This document shows, in pieces, positions 53,281 to 62,398 of a stretch of 64,000 nt of DNA (position 1 is the stretch's first letter; each line of letters begins with the position of its first letter). The notes beneath the pieces are model-generated. The model made no database searches. It was not told where the DNA came from and saw only the letters and a program-made list of their open reading frames with translations. Made by a program: the position numbers and the translations under genes. Source of the stretch: a virus; IMG/VR virus record IMGVR_UViG_3300046559_000446, positions 32,001 through 96,000 of that record; one strand, 5' to 3'.

Positions 53281-53561
53281 TGAGCACGGAAATGAACTTC
53301 GACAGGCATGCGCCGACTTTTTACGGCAATATCAGCATGCTCGAGAAACTCACGCTCGGCATGATGCTGACGCGGCTGCTGAAGGGCGACCTGGCGCTGG
53401 CGCCGCCAAAGTTCCTGCTGAACCTTGGCATGCTGCTGATCGTCTCGGCCATGCAGCGCATGAAGACCGACAAGCCCGACGCCATCATGGCCGACATTTC
53501 CGACTGCGCCGTGCGCTCCCTGTCCAACATGCGAGCCTGGATGCATGACAATGAAATGTAA
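53280..53561 (+). CDS. Hypothetical protein, possibly paralogous to the preceding ORF
   Basis: Both carry F/xYGN near the N-terminus and NxGMLLIVxx; GAGGA RBS. Confidence 0.65.
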   Translation: MSTEMNFDRHAPTFYGNISMLEKLTLGMMLTRLLKGDLALAPPKFLLNLGMLLIVSAMQRMKTDKPDAIMADISDCAVRSLSNMRAWMHDNEM

Positions 53562-53751
53562 TCAGTGCCGGTTCTACGATCCGCTCTCCAAGCCGTGGGA
53601 GTGGCGCGGCTCCTGCAACATCAAGCTGCCGCCTGGCGCTATTATGGACGCCAACGGGGGCTATATTCCCGACAGGTTCACGCGCGGCGATTCGGGCTGC
53701 GATCTGGGCCAGCCGATTGAAGAAAAGGAGGAAACAGCCGATGACGCCTGA
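53545..53751 (+). CDS. Small Cys-rich (Zn-binding) protein
   Basis: CNQCRFY...C...C pattern. Confidence 0.6.
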   Translation: MTMKCNQCRFYDPLSKPWEWRGSCNIKLPPGAIMDANGGYIPDRFTRGDSGCDLGQPIEEKEETADDA

Positions 53752-53968
53752 AATGTTGGAAACCGTGGGCCAGAACCTGTTCGGCGCTCATTGGATCGGG
53801 GAACTGGCCGCGCGCTTGAACGTGGCGCCGCGTACGGTTCGGCGCTGGGCCAGGGGTGAGTTCGCCATGCCAAAGGACGCCCAGGAGGCTCTGGGGGTGA
53901 TCGCGCAGGAGCGGGTCCGGGAGGCGGCGCGCGCTTTGGAGGGGTTGCTTGGCGCTGGACAGAATTGA
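53741..53968 (+). CDS. HTH DNA-binding protein
   Basis: ELAARLNVAPRTVRRWARGE; GGAGG RBS. Confidence 0.7.
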   Translation: MTPEMLETVGQNLFGAHWIGELAARLNVAPRTVRRWARGEFAMPKDAQEALGVIAQERVREAARALEGLLGAGQN

Positions 53969-54172
53969 AATCCGGGCCTAAGTTGGACGCCCCAAATAAA
54001 CAAGACCCCGGCCTTGCGGCTGGGGCCTTGGTCTGCACTACCACCGGGAGAACGGACGACGGGACGACAGGAGAATAGTCAGTGGACGCTGACTTGACAG
54101 CAATTTAGGCTCCCCCGTCATCATTGTCAACGAACAGCCTTGCATTTTGCAGGGGCGGGAGAGCTTTGCGCG

Positions 54173-54826
54173 ATGGCTGACTATGATGTTGAAAAGATCA
54201 AGAAAATTATCGCCATGCTGTCGAGCGAACACGATGGCGAGGCTGCTGCGGCTGCAAGAATGCTTTGCATTCACGCAAAAAAGCAGGGCCACAACGTCAC
54301 AGAAATGATGGCGGCGGTTTTTGGCGGGGGCGGCGGCGGCATGCTGCAGTATAGGCTCGACGCCGCCTTGCACATGGTCGAGGTCGCCAAAGAGGCGGTC
54401 GCGGTGGCGCTGGCTAAGGCCGAAGAAGAGAAGGCCAAGCGCATCGCGCTGGAGCGCCATCGAGACGCAGGCTTTACGGCAACGTCGGCGCCGCGCCCGC
54501 AGCAAGAGGATCGATCCGCCTTCTGGAACGCAGCAGCCAACGCACGGGCGTCGAGCAATCCCGATCCCTGGGCTTGGGGAGCGCCGCCGTGGGGGGCCAA
54601 GCCCTCGCCCCCACCGCCGCCCTGGATGGACATCCTGCGCGATATGTTCGACCGGCACGGCGTGTCCATGCTGACGCAATGGGAGCAAAATTTTGTCGTT
54701 GACCTGATCGACCGAGGCATCCGCCATCCGAGCGAAAAGCAAGAGGCGGTGATTGTCAGGATCGTGGCGAAATACCGCACATGGGAAGACACTGGAAATT
54801 GTGGTTTTCACAGCGTCGGGCGATAG
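54173..54826 (+). CDS. Hypothetical protein (KIKKIIAML.S..DGEA N-terminus, DUF2786-like)
   Basis: Motif recognised by eye; followed by a terminator. Confidence 0.6.
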   Translation: MADYDVEKIKKIIAMLSSEHDGEAAAAARMLCIHAKKQGHNVTEMMAAVFGGGGGGMLQYRLDAALHMVEVAKEAVAVALAKAEEEKAKRIALERHRDAGFTATSAPRPQQEDRSAFWNAAANARASSNPDPWAWGAPPWGAKPSPPPPPWMDILRDMFDRHGVSMLTQWEQNFVVDLIDRGIRHPSEKQEAVIVRIVAKYRTWEDTGNCGFHSVGR

Positions 54827-54832
54827 ACAAAG

Positions 54833-54866
54833 AAACGGGGGCTTGCGCCCCCGTTTGCAGTTTTTG
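54833..54866 (+). terminator. Intrinsic terminator
   Basis: AAACGGGGGC-TTGC-GCCCCCGTTT followed by GCAGTTTTT. Confidence 0.65.
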
Positions 54867-54921
54867 CCCAAACAACACACCCAAAAGGCAGACCCGAACG
54901 ATGGAAAAGGGACCGACTTAG

Positions 54922-57798
54922 ATGTCGAATATAGATCACGGTTCAGGCGGAAGCAAGGGCGGCGGCGGGGGCGGCTCGCAATATCGGTTTTTTCAGATGA
55001 TGGCTAATTATGCCGATTTGCTGATCGACGCCGGCTATCCCATCATCCCGGTCAAGGGCAAGATCCCGACAGACGAAGGTTGGCTGGATCGAAAATACAG
55101 CAAGAGCGACATGCGCGAGCGCATGCTGGCCGGCGGCAATATCGGCCTGCCCCTGGGCCGTGAAGTGGGCGACGACATGGCGCTGGTGTCCATCGACGTC
55201 GATATCCCATTTCTGGCCCCTGCCGAGGCGGTGCGCGGCGTCATGCCAGACGGGCCGACCTGCTATGGAAATCAGCCAAAATTTAAGATGATCGCGCGTG
55301 TGCCCCTGGCCGAAGCTTATTCGCGGGATTATCCCTTTGTGCGCTACAACGGCGCCGGCGAGGAAAAAATCCAGGTCCAGGTGCTGGGCAAGGGCAAACA
55401 AGCGGTGATTTTCGGCATCCATCCCGAAACCGGCAAAATGTATTTTTGGGACGCCGATTCGCAGCAACGGCGCATTTTCGAAATGGCGCCGGATGATTGG
55501 CCGGCAATTAACAACATCGAGACGCTGATAGGATCGATAGCGCGGGCGCTGGAGCCGTTCGGCTGGTCCCGGCGGGCGTCAGGCGTCGGCGGGGCGTCGC
55601 CGCGCGCCCAGGCCTATCCGGAGGGCGTCGAGATCCCGGAGCATATCCTGGACGCGGTCGAAGCTTACCTGAACCGCGAGATCGCCGTCCTGGCCGGCAT
55701 GGCGCCTGGCACGGGGCGCGGGACCAAAGCTTTCGAAATCGGCTGCTGGGCCGGGTTCGCGCTGCGCGATGGCGGCATTGATTTTGACGCGGTGCGGGCC
55801 GAGGTGTCGGACGCCCTGGGCGAAAATCAAAAAGACCTGCGACAATTCGACAATGGCGTGGCTAAGTCGGACGGGCAGCAATTCGCAGAGCCAAAAATCG
55901 ACTGGAACGCCGAGGCGGCAAAGATGGGCGGGCCTGGGCCAGCGCCAAACGTCACCTCAATCGGCCATGACGGCTACAGGATCGCCCTCGCCACGCTGCA
56001 CCGGACCCTTGAGCGCCGGCATGTGCTGCGCCATGGCACAGACACGTCATATGCGGCGCTGATCGCGGAGGCGGCGACCCTGTCCTGGCGTGGTTCGCTT
56101 TACCGCAACATGGCCGGCGATGTGGTGCGGGTGATGCCGTCCGCCGGCGCGCATGGCACGGCGGCGCCAAAGGGCACGTTGAAGGATCCGACGCCGCCGC
56201 AAGTGCGGGTATCGGTTCCGGATGATTGCGAGGTGCGGCTGATGATCGGGGACGCGGTCACAACCTGGGAGCGGGTCAGGATCCCGGACGAGGGCGGGCC
56301 GTCGCATATCGTGATCAATCGCGACCCCAACGGCGAGGACATATCGTGGAGGGGCGCCGGCGGGCTGAAGGTCGAGGGCGCCAAAACCTCGATCTGGGCC
56401 AGGCGCGCGGCGCACAATCACGGGCGCGAGGCCTGGATTGACGACCGCGACGCCTGGGTGAAATGCGCCTTGCCCAAGGGCGAAGGGATTAAGGCGGTGG
56501 TGAAGGCCTTCCGGACCAATGCCGGCACAGTGGGGACGCCGTGGCTGCGCTCGGTATCGACGGCGCCGTCTTTCGGCAGGGACGGGCGGCTGCTGATGGA
56601 TGACGGGCCGCTGGAGACGGCGGCGGGTGAAATCGTGTTTACGGTCCAGGGGGCGATGCGCGGCCACGTCAAGCTGATGCATATTGACGACGCCAAGAAG
56701 GTGCTGATGGACTTCCTGGCCCTGTTTCCGTTCGCTGACGACGTGAGCGAATCGGTGGGCCTGGCGCTGTTCCTGTCGCTGATCGCGCGCGGGGCCTTTG
56801 GCGTGGGGCCGGCTTACGTGATCGACGCGCCGGATTATGGCGCCGGCAAAACTTTTCTGGCCGGCAAGCTGGGGCTGTTTTCGGGGCAACCCATGAACCT
56901 TATCCCGTGCGGCGTGGACAAGGGCGAAGAGGAATTAAGCAAGCGTTTCGAGACGGCGCTGATGACGGAGGCGAGCGGGATGCTTTTGCTCGATGATGTG
57001 CCGCATGGAAAGATGCCGAACTTTCCGACGATGCGAACCTACCTAAGCGCGACCACGCCAGAGCTAAAAATCCGGCGGTTCGGCAAAAACGACGATCACA
57101 AGACAGTCAGGACGGACGCGACCACGCTTGCGGTCACCGGCTGCGCGGTCGAAGTGAGCAAGGACATGGTGCGGCGGGTGCTGCGCACGAACCTGGATCC
57201 GCGCAAGGCGGCGGACAGGGTGGAGTGGGAGGCCGAGGCCTGCCGGCTGGACCTGGACGCCATGTATGCAGACCCGGCAGCGCACGGGCGCGTCCTGGGG
57301 GCCGCGCTGACGGTCCTAGACCATAACTGGCGCACCAGGCCGGCCAGGCTCGATCCGTCGCAGAATTACGAAGCTTGGTCGCGGGTGGTCAGGGAAGCTT
57401 GCAAGGCGGTCACTAATTTTGATCCGGACGATTCCAGGGCGGTGCTTGAGGCGATGGACGCCGATCATGAGCAATGGAGCGACACGCTGCTGGCGGTCAA
57501 GGCGGTGATGGACGGCAAGCCGTTCACGGTCGCGGAACTTGTGGAGAAAGCGCAGGCGTCGGGGAGCACGTTCGGGAGCGTGGGCGCGCCTAGCCCGGCT
57601 CAGGCGGCGCTCGATCACCTCATAGATGAATTTGAACTGCACCGCATCAAAGCAAGCCGGTTTGCGAAACGGCTGGGCCGGTTCCTGCTCAAGCATCGCG
57701 ATAGGCCATTGTGGGAAAAGGGTAAGGAAATTTTCTTGCGCCAGGCCGCCAAGCGAACACAGTTTAAGGGCGAAAAGACGGTCTGGCGGTTCGAATAG
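54922..57798 (+). CDS. Primase-polymerase (AEP Prim-Pol) fused to an ATPase/helicase-like domain
   Basis: IIPV.GK.P...W, NIGLPLG and SIDVD prim-pol motifs; GAGKT Walker A and LLLDD Walker B. Confidence 0.8.
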   Translation: MSNIDHGSGGSKGGGGGGSQYRFFQMMANYADLLIDAGYPIIPVKGKIPTDEGWLDRKYSKSDMRERMLAGGNIGLPLGREVGDDMALVSIDVDIPFLAPAEAVRGVMPDGPTCYGNQPKFKMIARVPLAEAYSRDYPFVRYNGAGEEKIQVQVLGKGKQAVIFGIHPETGKMYFWDADSQQRRIFEMAPDDWPAINNIETLIGSIARALEPFGWSRRASGVGGASPRAQAYPEGVEIPEHILDAVEAYLNREIAVLAGMAPGTGRGTKAFEIGCWAGFALRDGGIDFDAVRAEVSDALGENQKDLRQFDNGVAKSDGQQFAEPKIDWNAEAAKMGGPGPAPNVTSIGHDGYRIALATLHRTLERRHVLRHGTDTSYAALIAEAATLSWRGSLYRNMAGDVVRVMPSAGAHGTAAPKGTLKDPTPPQVRVSVPDDCEVRLMIGDAVTTWERVRIPDEGGPSHIVINRDPNGEDISWRGAGGLKVEGAKTSIWARRAAHNHGREAWIDDRDAWVKCALPKGEGIKAVVKAFRTNAGTVGTPWLRSVSTAPSFGRDGRLLMDDGPLETAAGEIVFTVQGAMRGHVKLMHIDDAKKVLMDFLALFPFADDVSESVGLALFLSLIARGAFGVGPAYVIDAPDYGAGKTFLAGKLGLFSGQPMNLIPCGVDKGEEELSKRFETALMTEASGMLLLDDVPHGKMPNFPTMRTYLSATTPELKIRRFGKNDDHKTVRTDATTLAVTGCAVEVSKDMVRRVLRTNLDPRKAADRVEWEAEACRLDLDAMYADPAAHGRVLGAALTVLDHNWRTRPARLDPSQNYEAWSRVVREACKAVTNFDPDDSRAVLEAMDADHEQWSDTLLAVKAVMDGKPFTVAELVEKAQASGSTFGSVGAPSPAQAALDHLIDEFELHRIKASRFAKRLGRFLLKHRDRPLWEKGKEIFLRQAAKRTQFKGEKTVWRFE

Positions 57799-58120
57799 TG
57801 TTAGGGGTTTGGGGAAAATTTTGGGGGTTTTATGGGGGTTTGCGTTTGAGCAAACCCCTAACCATTTTTCCTGTTAAATCAATGGTTTAGGACGTAATAC
57901 AGGGGTTTTAGGGGTTTTATTTTATATTTAAGGAATATTTTTTATATCTTATGTCTTAATATGAGACACATATGAATGATTTTTCTATATAAAGGTAGCT
58001 CGTAAAACCCCTAAAACCCCTAAAATCGAGAAAGGCCTTTAGAATCATGGTTTTAAGGCTAGGGGTTTGTTTGCCAGGGGTTTTATTTCAAACACCTAAG
58101 CAAACCCCTAAACGAAAGAA
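57799..58120. repeat. AT-rich region with TAGGGGTTT/AAACCCCTA iterons: probable replication origin
   Basis: About 9 copies in both orientations around an AT-rich core, directly after the primase gene. Confidence 0.65.
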
Positions 58121-58161
58121 AGACGCCCGGAGGCGTCAATCTAGTTGACTTTCGTTAAAGG

Positions 58162-58368
58162 TCACGATTTCGTATACGTCATGACTTGTTTTTGTGACAT
58201 GCCGGTGCGGATCATGAGGCGCAGGAACATTGCGACAGGCAATGGCGGCCCGATATGCTGCCAGTGCTGATAGTGGGTCTGCCGAGAGTAGCCGAACAGG
58301 GCGGCGCATTGCGGCCCTGTTAGTTTGAGGTGGCGCAAGGCCATGCAATATTCGGTGGCGTCCATCAT
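58162..58368 (-). CDS. Small HTH protein
   Basis: LTGPQCAALFGYSRQT..HW pattern. Confidence 0.6.
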   Translation of the reverse strand: MMDATEYCMALRHLKLTGPQCAALFGYSRQTHYQHWQHIGPPLPVAMFLRLMIRTGMSQKQVMTYTKS

Positions 58369-58580
58369 TTGACCCTCGTCTTTTCAATGCGCCAGGTATA
58401 TGCGGCGTTTTGGGTGATCGCCAAGCCTTCGTCGCGCCTGTCATGGTTGAAGCGCACGATGCGGAAGGCGTAGCGAAAGGCGGCGTCGCCGCGCTTGAAA
58501 GCGTCGTCGGCGCATCCCTGGCGATGGGCCGCCTGATCGGCGGCGCCACGGGCGGTTTTGAAGGTTTGGGCGAGAATCAT
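58365..58580 (-). CDS. Hypothetical protein
   Basis: AAGGA RBS before MILAQTF. Confidence 0.55.
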   Translation of the reverse strand: MILAQTFKTARGAADQAAHRQGCADDAFKRGDAAFRYAFRIVRFNHDRRDEGLAITQNAAYTWRIEKTRVK

Positions 58581-58596
58581 GGCGGTTTTCCTTTGG

Positions 58597-59163
58597 TTAG
58601 CGCGCCAGGGAGGCGGCGTTGCGGGCCTTGATGGCGGCAATTTTGGCGTCGGTGTGGACCGAACGACGCTTGCCATAAGCGGCGCGAACCTGGCGGAAGC
58701 CGGCTTGCGTCAGGGCGCTTTCAGCGGCCAGGAGCACGGCGTCAACGACGTCGAAAGCGGCCTTTTGGGTGTCGTAGCTGCCGCCGTCCTGGCTCTCAGC
58801 GACCAAGTCGGCGGCATCGACGGCGGCCTGGATGTGCTGATCGATCACCAGGCGTTCGGCCTGATAGGCCTTCCACGAGGCGCGCTCGAAATCGCGCAGC
58901 GCCTTCATGTCATGCTTGGACATGCAGCCGTCCAGGTTTTCCAGGATGAAATCGGCGCCTTCTGCGGTCAAATGCATGGCGTCATGTTCGACGCGGATGA
59001 GGATCGGGCTGTTCAGGCGCAGCGACAGGTCTTTTTCTTCGCGGTTGCCGCAATGGATGATGTGGCCGCCGGCGGTGAAATCAAGGTCGCTGCGAGCGCC
59101 TGTGATGATGGCGAGGACGGCGCGGTCGTTAACGGTGCGGGCGAGTGTCGGGGAAGTGGTCAT
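58597..59163 (-). CDS. Hypothetical protein
   Basis: AGGAG RBS; downstream of a minus-strand promoter. Confidence 0.7.
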   Translation of the reverse strand: MTTSPTLARTVNDRAVLAIITGARSDLDFTAGGHIIHCGNREEKDLSLRLNSPILIRVEHDAMHLTAEGADFILENLDGCMSKHDMKALRDFERASWKAYQAERLVIDQHIQAAVDAADLVAESQDGGSYDTQKAAFDVVDAVLLAAESALTQAGFRQVRAAYGKRRSVHTDAKIAAIKARNAASLAR

Positions 59164-59189
59164 AACGTGTGCTCCTGTTCGGTGTCTCT

Positions 59190-59225
59190 TATGTAAACTG
59201 GGTTGACAGGCTTGTCAACCCAGTT
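59190..59225 (-). promoter_or_regulatory. Minus-strand promoter embedded in a perfect 13-bp inverted repeat
   Basis: AACTGGGTTGACA-ggct-TGTCAACCCAGTT; minus strand TTGACA-N17-TACATA. Confidence 0.6.
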
Positions 59226-59235
59226 GTCGAATTAT

Positions 59236-60021
59236 TTACGCCTGGGCGCCAACAAAACGCTTGGCGGTGGCGCCGTGGGCGATGATCACCATGGACGCTT
59301 TCGCCTTTGCGCTGGTGCCGCCGCAGGCCTGGCAAGCGTCGCAGGAGGTCTTCACGCCGGCTTCTTTCGACGCCGGGCAGATCACTTCACCCTTGGCCTT
59401 AGCCTCCGACGGGGTGCGGACGCGGAACGAGCGCCAGCCGGCGGCGGTCGCGTCCGCCAGGTCGGCCAGGCTGTCGCATGACGCCATGCAGATGGTCTTG
59501 AGCGCCTGGAAACGAGCGTCGCGCCATTGGTGCGAATAGCCGTTAGTGAAGGCGGCGCGAAGCGTGGCGGCGCGCCAGACCTGGAAAGGCACAGCAGCTG
59601 GATCGCCATATGTGCCGAGGCGGAAGCCCAGGCCGGCGAACAATTCCGGAAGGATGGCAACGTCATAATCGACGCCCGGCTCGGCGTAGCGGTCGCCACG
59701 GATTAGCGTCTCGTATACGCTGCGAACGCTGCGCCCGACGTTGACGTAGCAGGCGCCACCCAAATACGGGCGCATGAGGCAGTCACCGCACACGCTGCTG
59801 TCAAGGCCGCTCTTGAGCGCGACGACCGGCGACACATCCGAGCGGATGATAAAGGTCTGCACCATCGCGCCCGTCTTGACGTTGGTGCTGGCCGAGGTGA
59901 TTTTGTTGGCGATGGCGACAATCGGGGCGCCGTCGATCATCGACGGGCCACGATAAAGGACGACGCCGCAAAAGCGATTGGACTTGAGAGCGGCGAGCAT
60001 GTCGGAGGCGGTGCGGATCAT
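59236..60021 (-). CDS. Cys-rich phage protein (possible Fe-S or Zn binding)
   Basis: N.KTG.MVQT; CGDC...CYV; RLGTYGDPAAVP; CPA...SCDACQAC. Confidence 0.7.
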   Translation of the reverse strand: MIRTASDMLAALKSNRFCGVVLYRGPSMIDGAPIVAIANKITSASTNVKTGAMVQTFIIRSDVSPVVALKSGLDSSVCGDCLMRPYLGGACYVNVGRSVRSVYETLIRGDRYAEPGVDYDVAILPELFAGLGFRLGTYGDPAAVPFQVWRAATLRAAFTNGYSHQWRDARFQALKTICMASCDSLADLADATAAGWRSFRVRTPSEAKAKGEVICPASKEAGVKTSCDACQACGGTSAKAKASMVIIAHGATAKRFVGAQA

Positions 60022-60060
60022 GTGGAGAGGCCTTTTTGTCTGCGGCGTTGAACTGTCCCG

Positions 60061-60170
60061 AATATAGCCACAGCGTATGCGCCTGTCAACTAGGTTTACA
60101 AATTAAAATAAATTATTTTTGCGCTTGACAACTAGATTGACGCCAGGCATATAAAGGGCAGTTAACAACC
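60061..60170. promoter_or_regulatory. Divergent promoter pair
   Basis: Minus strand TTGACA-N17-TATATT (60061-60089); plus strand TTGACA-N19-TATAAA (60125-60155); AT-rich spacer. Confidence 0.65.
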
Positions 60171-60189
60171 GCACACGAAAGGCGCTCAC

Positions 60190-60495
60190 ATGCTGCAAGT
60201 TCAAGGCCTTCCCTTCCACAAAGGATCCGACGCCTGGCGCGTCATACACGAGGGGCGCATCCTGCCCAAGTATGTGCGCGACGAGATCGCCCGCCTGCGC
60301 CGCGAGCGGAACGAATACAGCGAGATCCGGGTGCTGATGACGGGCGAGCCTGGCTGGATCAGCCGGGCAGAGCAGGCGGCGCGCAGCGCCCGCACCTACG
60401 CCGAGCACGAGGCGCGCGCCCTGGGCTGGACCGAGCCAAGCGTCGCCGCCGAGGGCGCCGCCGCCTACGCCGAGGCGCTGGCGCGCCAGGCCTAG
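60190..60495 (+). CDS. Hypothetical protein
   Basis: GAAAGG RBS; downstream of the plus-strand promoter. Confidence 0.7.
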   Translation: MLQVQGLPFHKGSDAWRVIHEGRILPKYVRDEIARLRRERNEYSEIRVLMTGEPGWISRAEQAARSARTYAEHEARALGWTEPSVAAEGAAAYAEALARQA

Positions 60496-60761
60496 CCAGG
60501 CCCAGGCCTGTCAGAGGGCTGACAGCCCTCTGACACGCCTGTTCCCGGTCTGTTCTGGCAGGGTGCTGACAGGGCAGCGACAGGCCTCGAAGTAAAAAAC
60601 GACCGGGGGTACCCCCGCTAATAGGCGGCCTAGAGTATACTATAAGCCCCAAAAATTTTTCTCAAATTTTTCACCCAATAAATAATCGTATTCGGTTGTT
60701 GACCAATAAACGGACACTCTCATGGATTTTGGGAAATGAATGAGAGTGTTCATTTCCCGGT

Positions 60762-60959
60762 TCAAATAGCCCCAGACAGTTTTGAACTTTTCTCCCTAAC
60801 TTTGACCATGAGGTCATTCAGCCCAGTGACGAGCTTCTCCAAGGCTTCCAACGTATCGTTCATTTCCCCCGCCGAGTCCCCCTCCCAGGTGTCGATATGC
60901 GACCGTATCGCCTCCAGCAGGTCGATCTTGCTCTCCTGGACGCCCTCGGCGTAGGTCAT
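60762..60959 (-). CDS. Small acidic helical protein
   Basis: MTYAEGVQESKIDLL...; start uncertain (track ORF begins at 61145). Confidence 0.45.
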   Translation of the reverse strand: MTYAEGVQESKIDLLEAIRSHIDTWEGDSAGEMNDTLEALEKLVTGLNDLMVKVREKSSKLSGAI

Positions 60960-61247
60960 ATAGATCTCGAATTGTTTATCCGCGACCCACACGCACAGGT
61001 TCACCCTTGGCAGGATGCGGGTTTCCCACTTCGATAGTTTGAAGCCGTGGCGGCTGTAGTCGTATGGCTTGGTGATCTGGGTGAAGGGGTCGTACCCCCC
61101 GCAGTCGTCCCCTTGCATTTCCGGCGCTCTGTGTCTACCCATCATATGCTCCTCCTCCGTATTCTACTGTCTAACCTGTTTTCGCTCTTGCCGGCAAGCC
61201 CATTTCCCTCATATACTCCAGCACCCCCGACCGACGAGGCCCACGCC

Positions 61248-61814
61248 ATGCCCACCAAAAAGCAAAACCGGCGCATAGCTCGCTTCGAACTAGCGCAATC
61301 CACCAGGGCGGCGCCGACGCCCCCGGAGGTCAAGCCGCCGTGGGCCAGTATCTACACCCCCGCTATCGGGGAGCGGATTTGCGATCTGGTCACCAATGGC
61401 AAGACCTTGCGGCAGATTGCGCTGGAGGAGGTCTGGGCGCCCAACGCCCGGATCATGTATTATTGGCTGGAGGAGCATCCGGAATTTGCGCGGGCCTTCG
61501 CGGCGGCGCGAGAGCTATACGCGGATGACATCGCCCGCGAGATCGTGACCATTGCCGACGAGGCGGCGACCGATCTCGACATCGCCAAGCTGCCGCATCG
61601 CATCCATGCCAGGGAGTGGCTGGCGGTGAAGCGGTCCCCCCGCTTCTATGGCGACCGCCGCATGATCGACACCACCTCGCAGGTCAATATCAACAATTTG
61701 ACCAAGATTGATGTCTCCCATCTGTCCTCGGACGAGATCCTCATTGCCGAGAAGGCCCTGATGAAGGCGATAGGACATTCCAGCTGCAATCCGGAGGACG
61801 ACGACGATGCCTAA
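61248..61814 (+). CDS. terS: Terminase small subunit (Sf6 gp1-like)
   Basis: YTPAIGERIC.....G.TLRQIA...W....EF...F..AR...AD...E.V.IAD. Confidence 0.85.
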   Translation: MPTKKQNRRIARFELAQSTRAAPTPPEVKPPWASIYTPAIGERICDLVTNGKTLRQIALEEVWAPNARIMYYWLEEHPEFARAFAAARELYADDIAREIVTIADEAATDLDIAKLPHRIHAREWLAVKRSPRFYGDRRMIDTTSQVNINNLTKIDVSHLSSDEILIAEKALMKAIGHSSCNPEDDDDA

Positions 61815-62016
61815 ACACATCCAGCCCGCCAAGACCCTGGTCGATATCACGGTCGCCGGCCCAAGCCCTTACGAAGGCCGGATATTCCCGCTCAATGTTC
61901 AATTTCTCGAGGGCGAGTGGATGATGCAGGTCATTCCCGCCGGCCCCTCCAGGGAGGCGGCGTTTTATTTCCCGATCAAGGATCTCAAGGTCTGGGCGCC
62001 GGCGGGGCATCTATGA
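61807..62016 (+). CDS. Hypothetical protein
   Basis: GGAGGA RBS; overlaps the terS stop. Confidence 0.55.
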   Translation: MPKHIQPAKTLVDITVAGPSPYEGRIFPLNVQFLEGEWMMQVIPAGPSREAAFYFPIKDLKVWAPAGHL

Positions 62017-62216
62017 ATCCGATCACCCTGCTCCAGGACTGGTGGTGCGCCAGGCTCCGGAATATCGACATTCAATACCTCTGGCCGATCTGTAAGGAAC
62101 AGGCCCGCGACTTCGCTGAGGCCCGTTACGTTTTTGCTATTCACGCCATTTGCGATCCGGCCTGGCTGCGGCTTCCCGCCGAAGAGATCAAGCGCATTAT
62201 CGGGGAGTTGCAATGA
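62013..62216 (+). CDS. Hypothetical protein
   Basis: ATGA coupling. Confidence 0.55.
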   Translation: MNPITLLQDWWCARLRNIDIQYLWPICKEQARDFAEARYVFAIHAICDPAWLRLPAEEIKRIIGELQ

Positions 62217-62398
62217 AGAACACTTTTGAGATCAAGCTGGGCCTCCATGTTCACGGCTCCGACGACTGGGAGCCGATGAATTACTCCAACTATTCCTCCT
62301 GCGTTCACGCCTGGCGCGCCGTCGATCCCGACTGGGATCCCCATTTTGCCGAGTTTTCATTCGAGATCGCGGAGTTTAACGGGGTGCTGTTCGGATGA
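62213..62398 (+). CDS. Hypothetical protein
   Basis: ATGA coupling; GGAG RBS. Confidence 0.55.
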   Translation: MKNTFEIKLGLHVHGSDDWEPMNYSNYSSCVHAWRAVDPDWDPHFAEFSFEIAEFNGVLFG

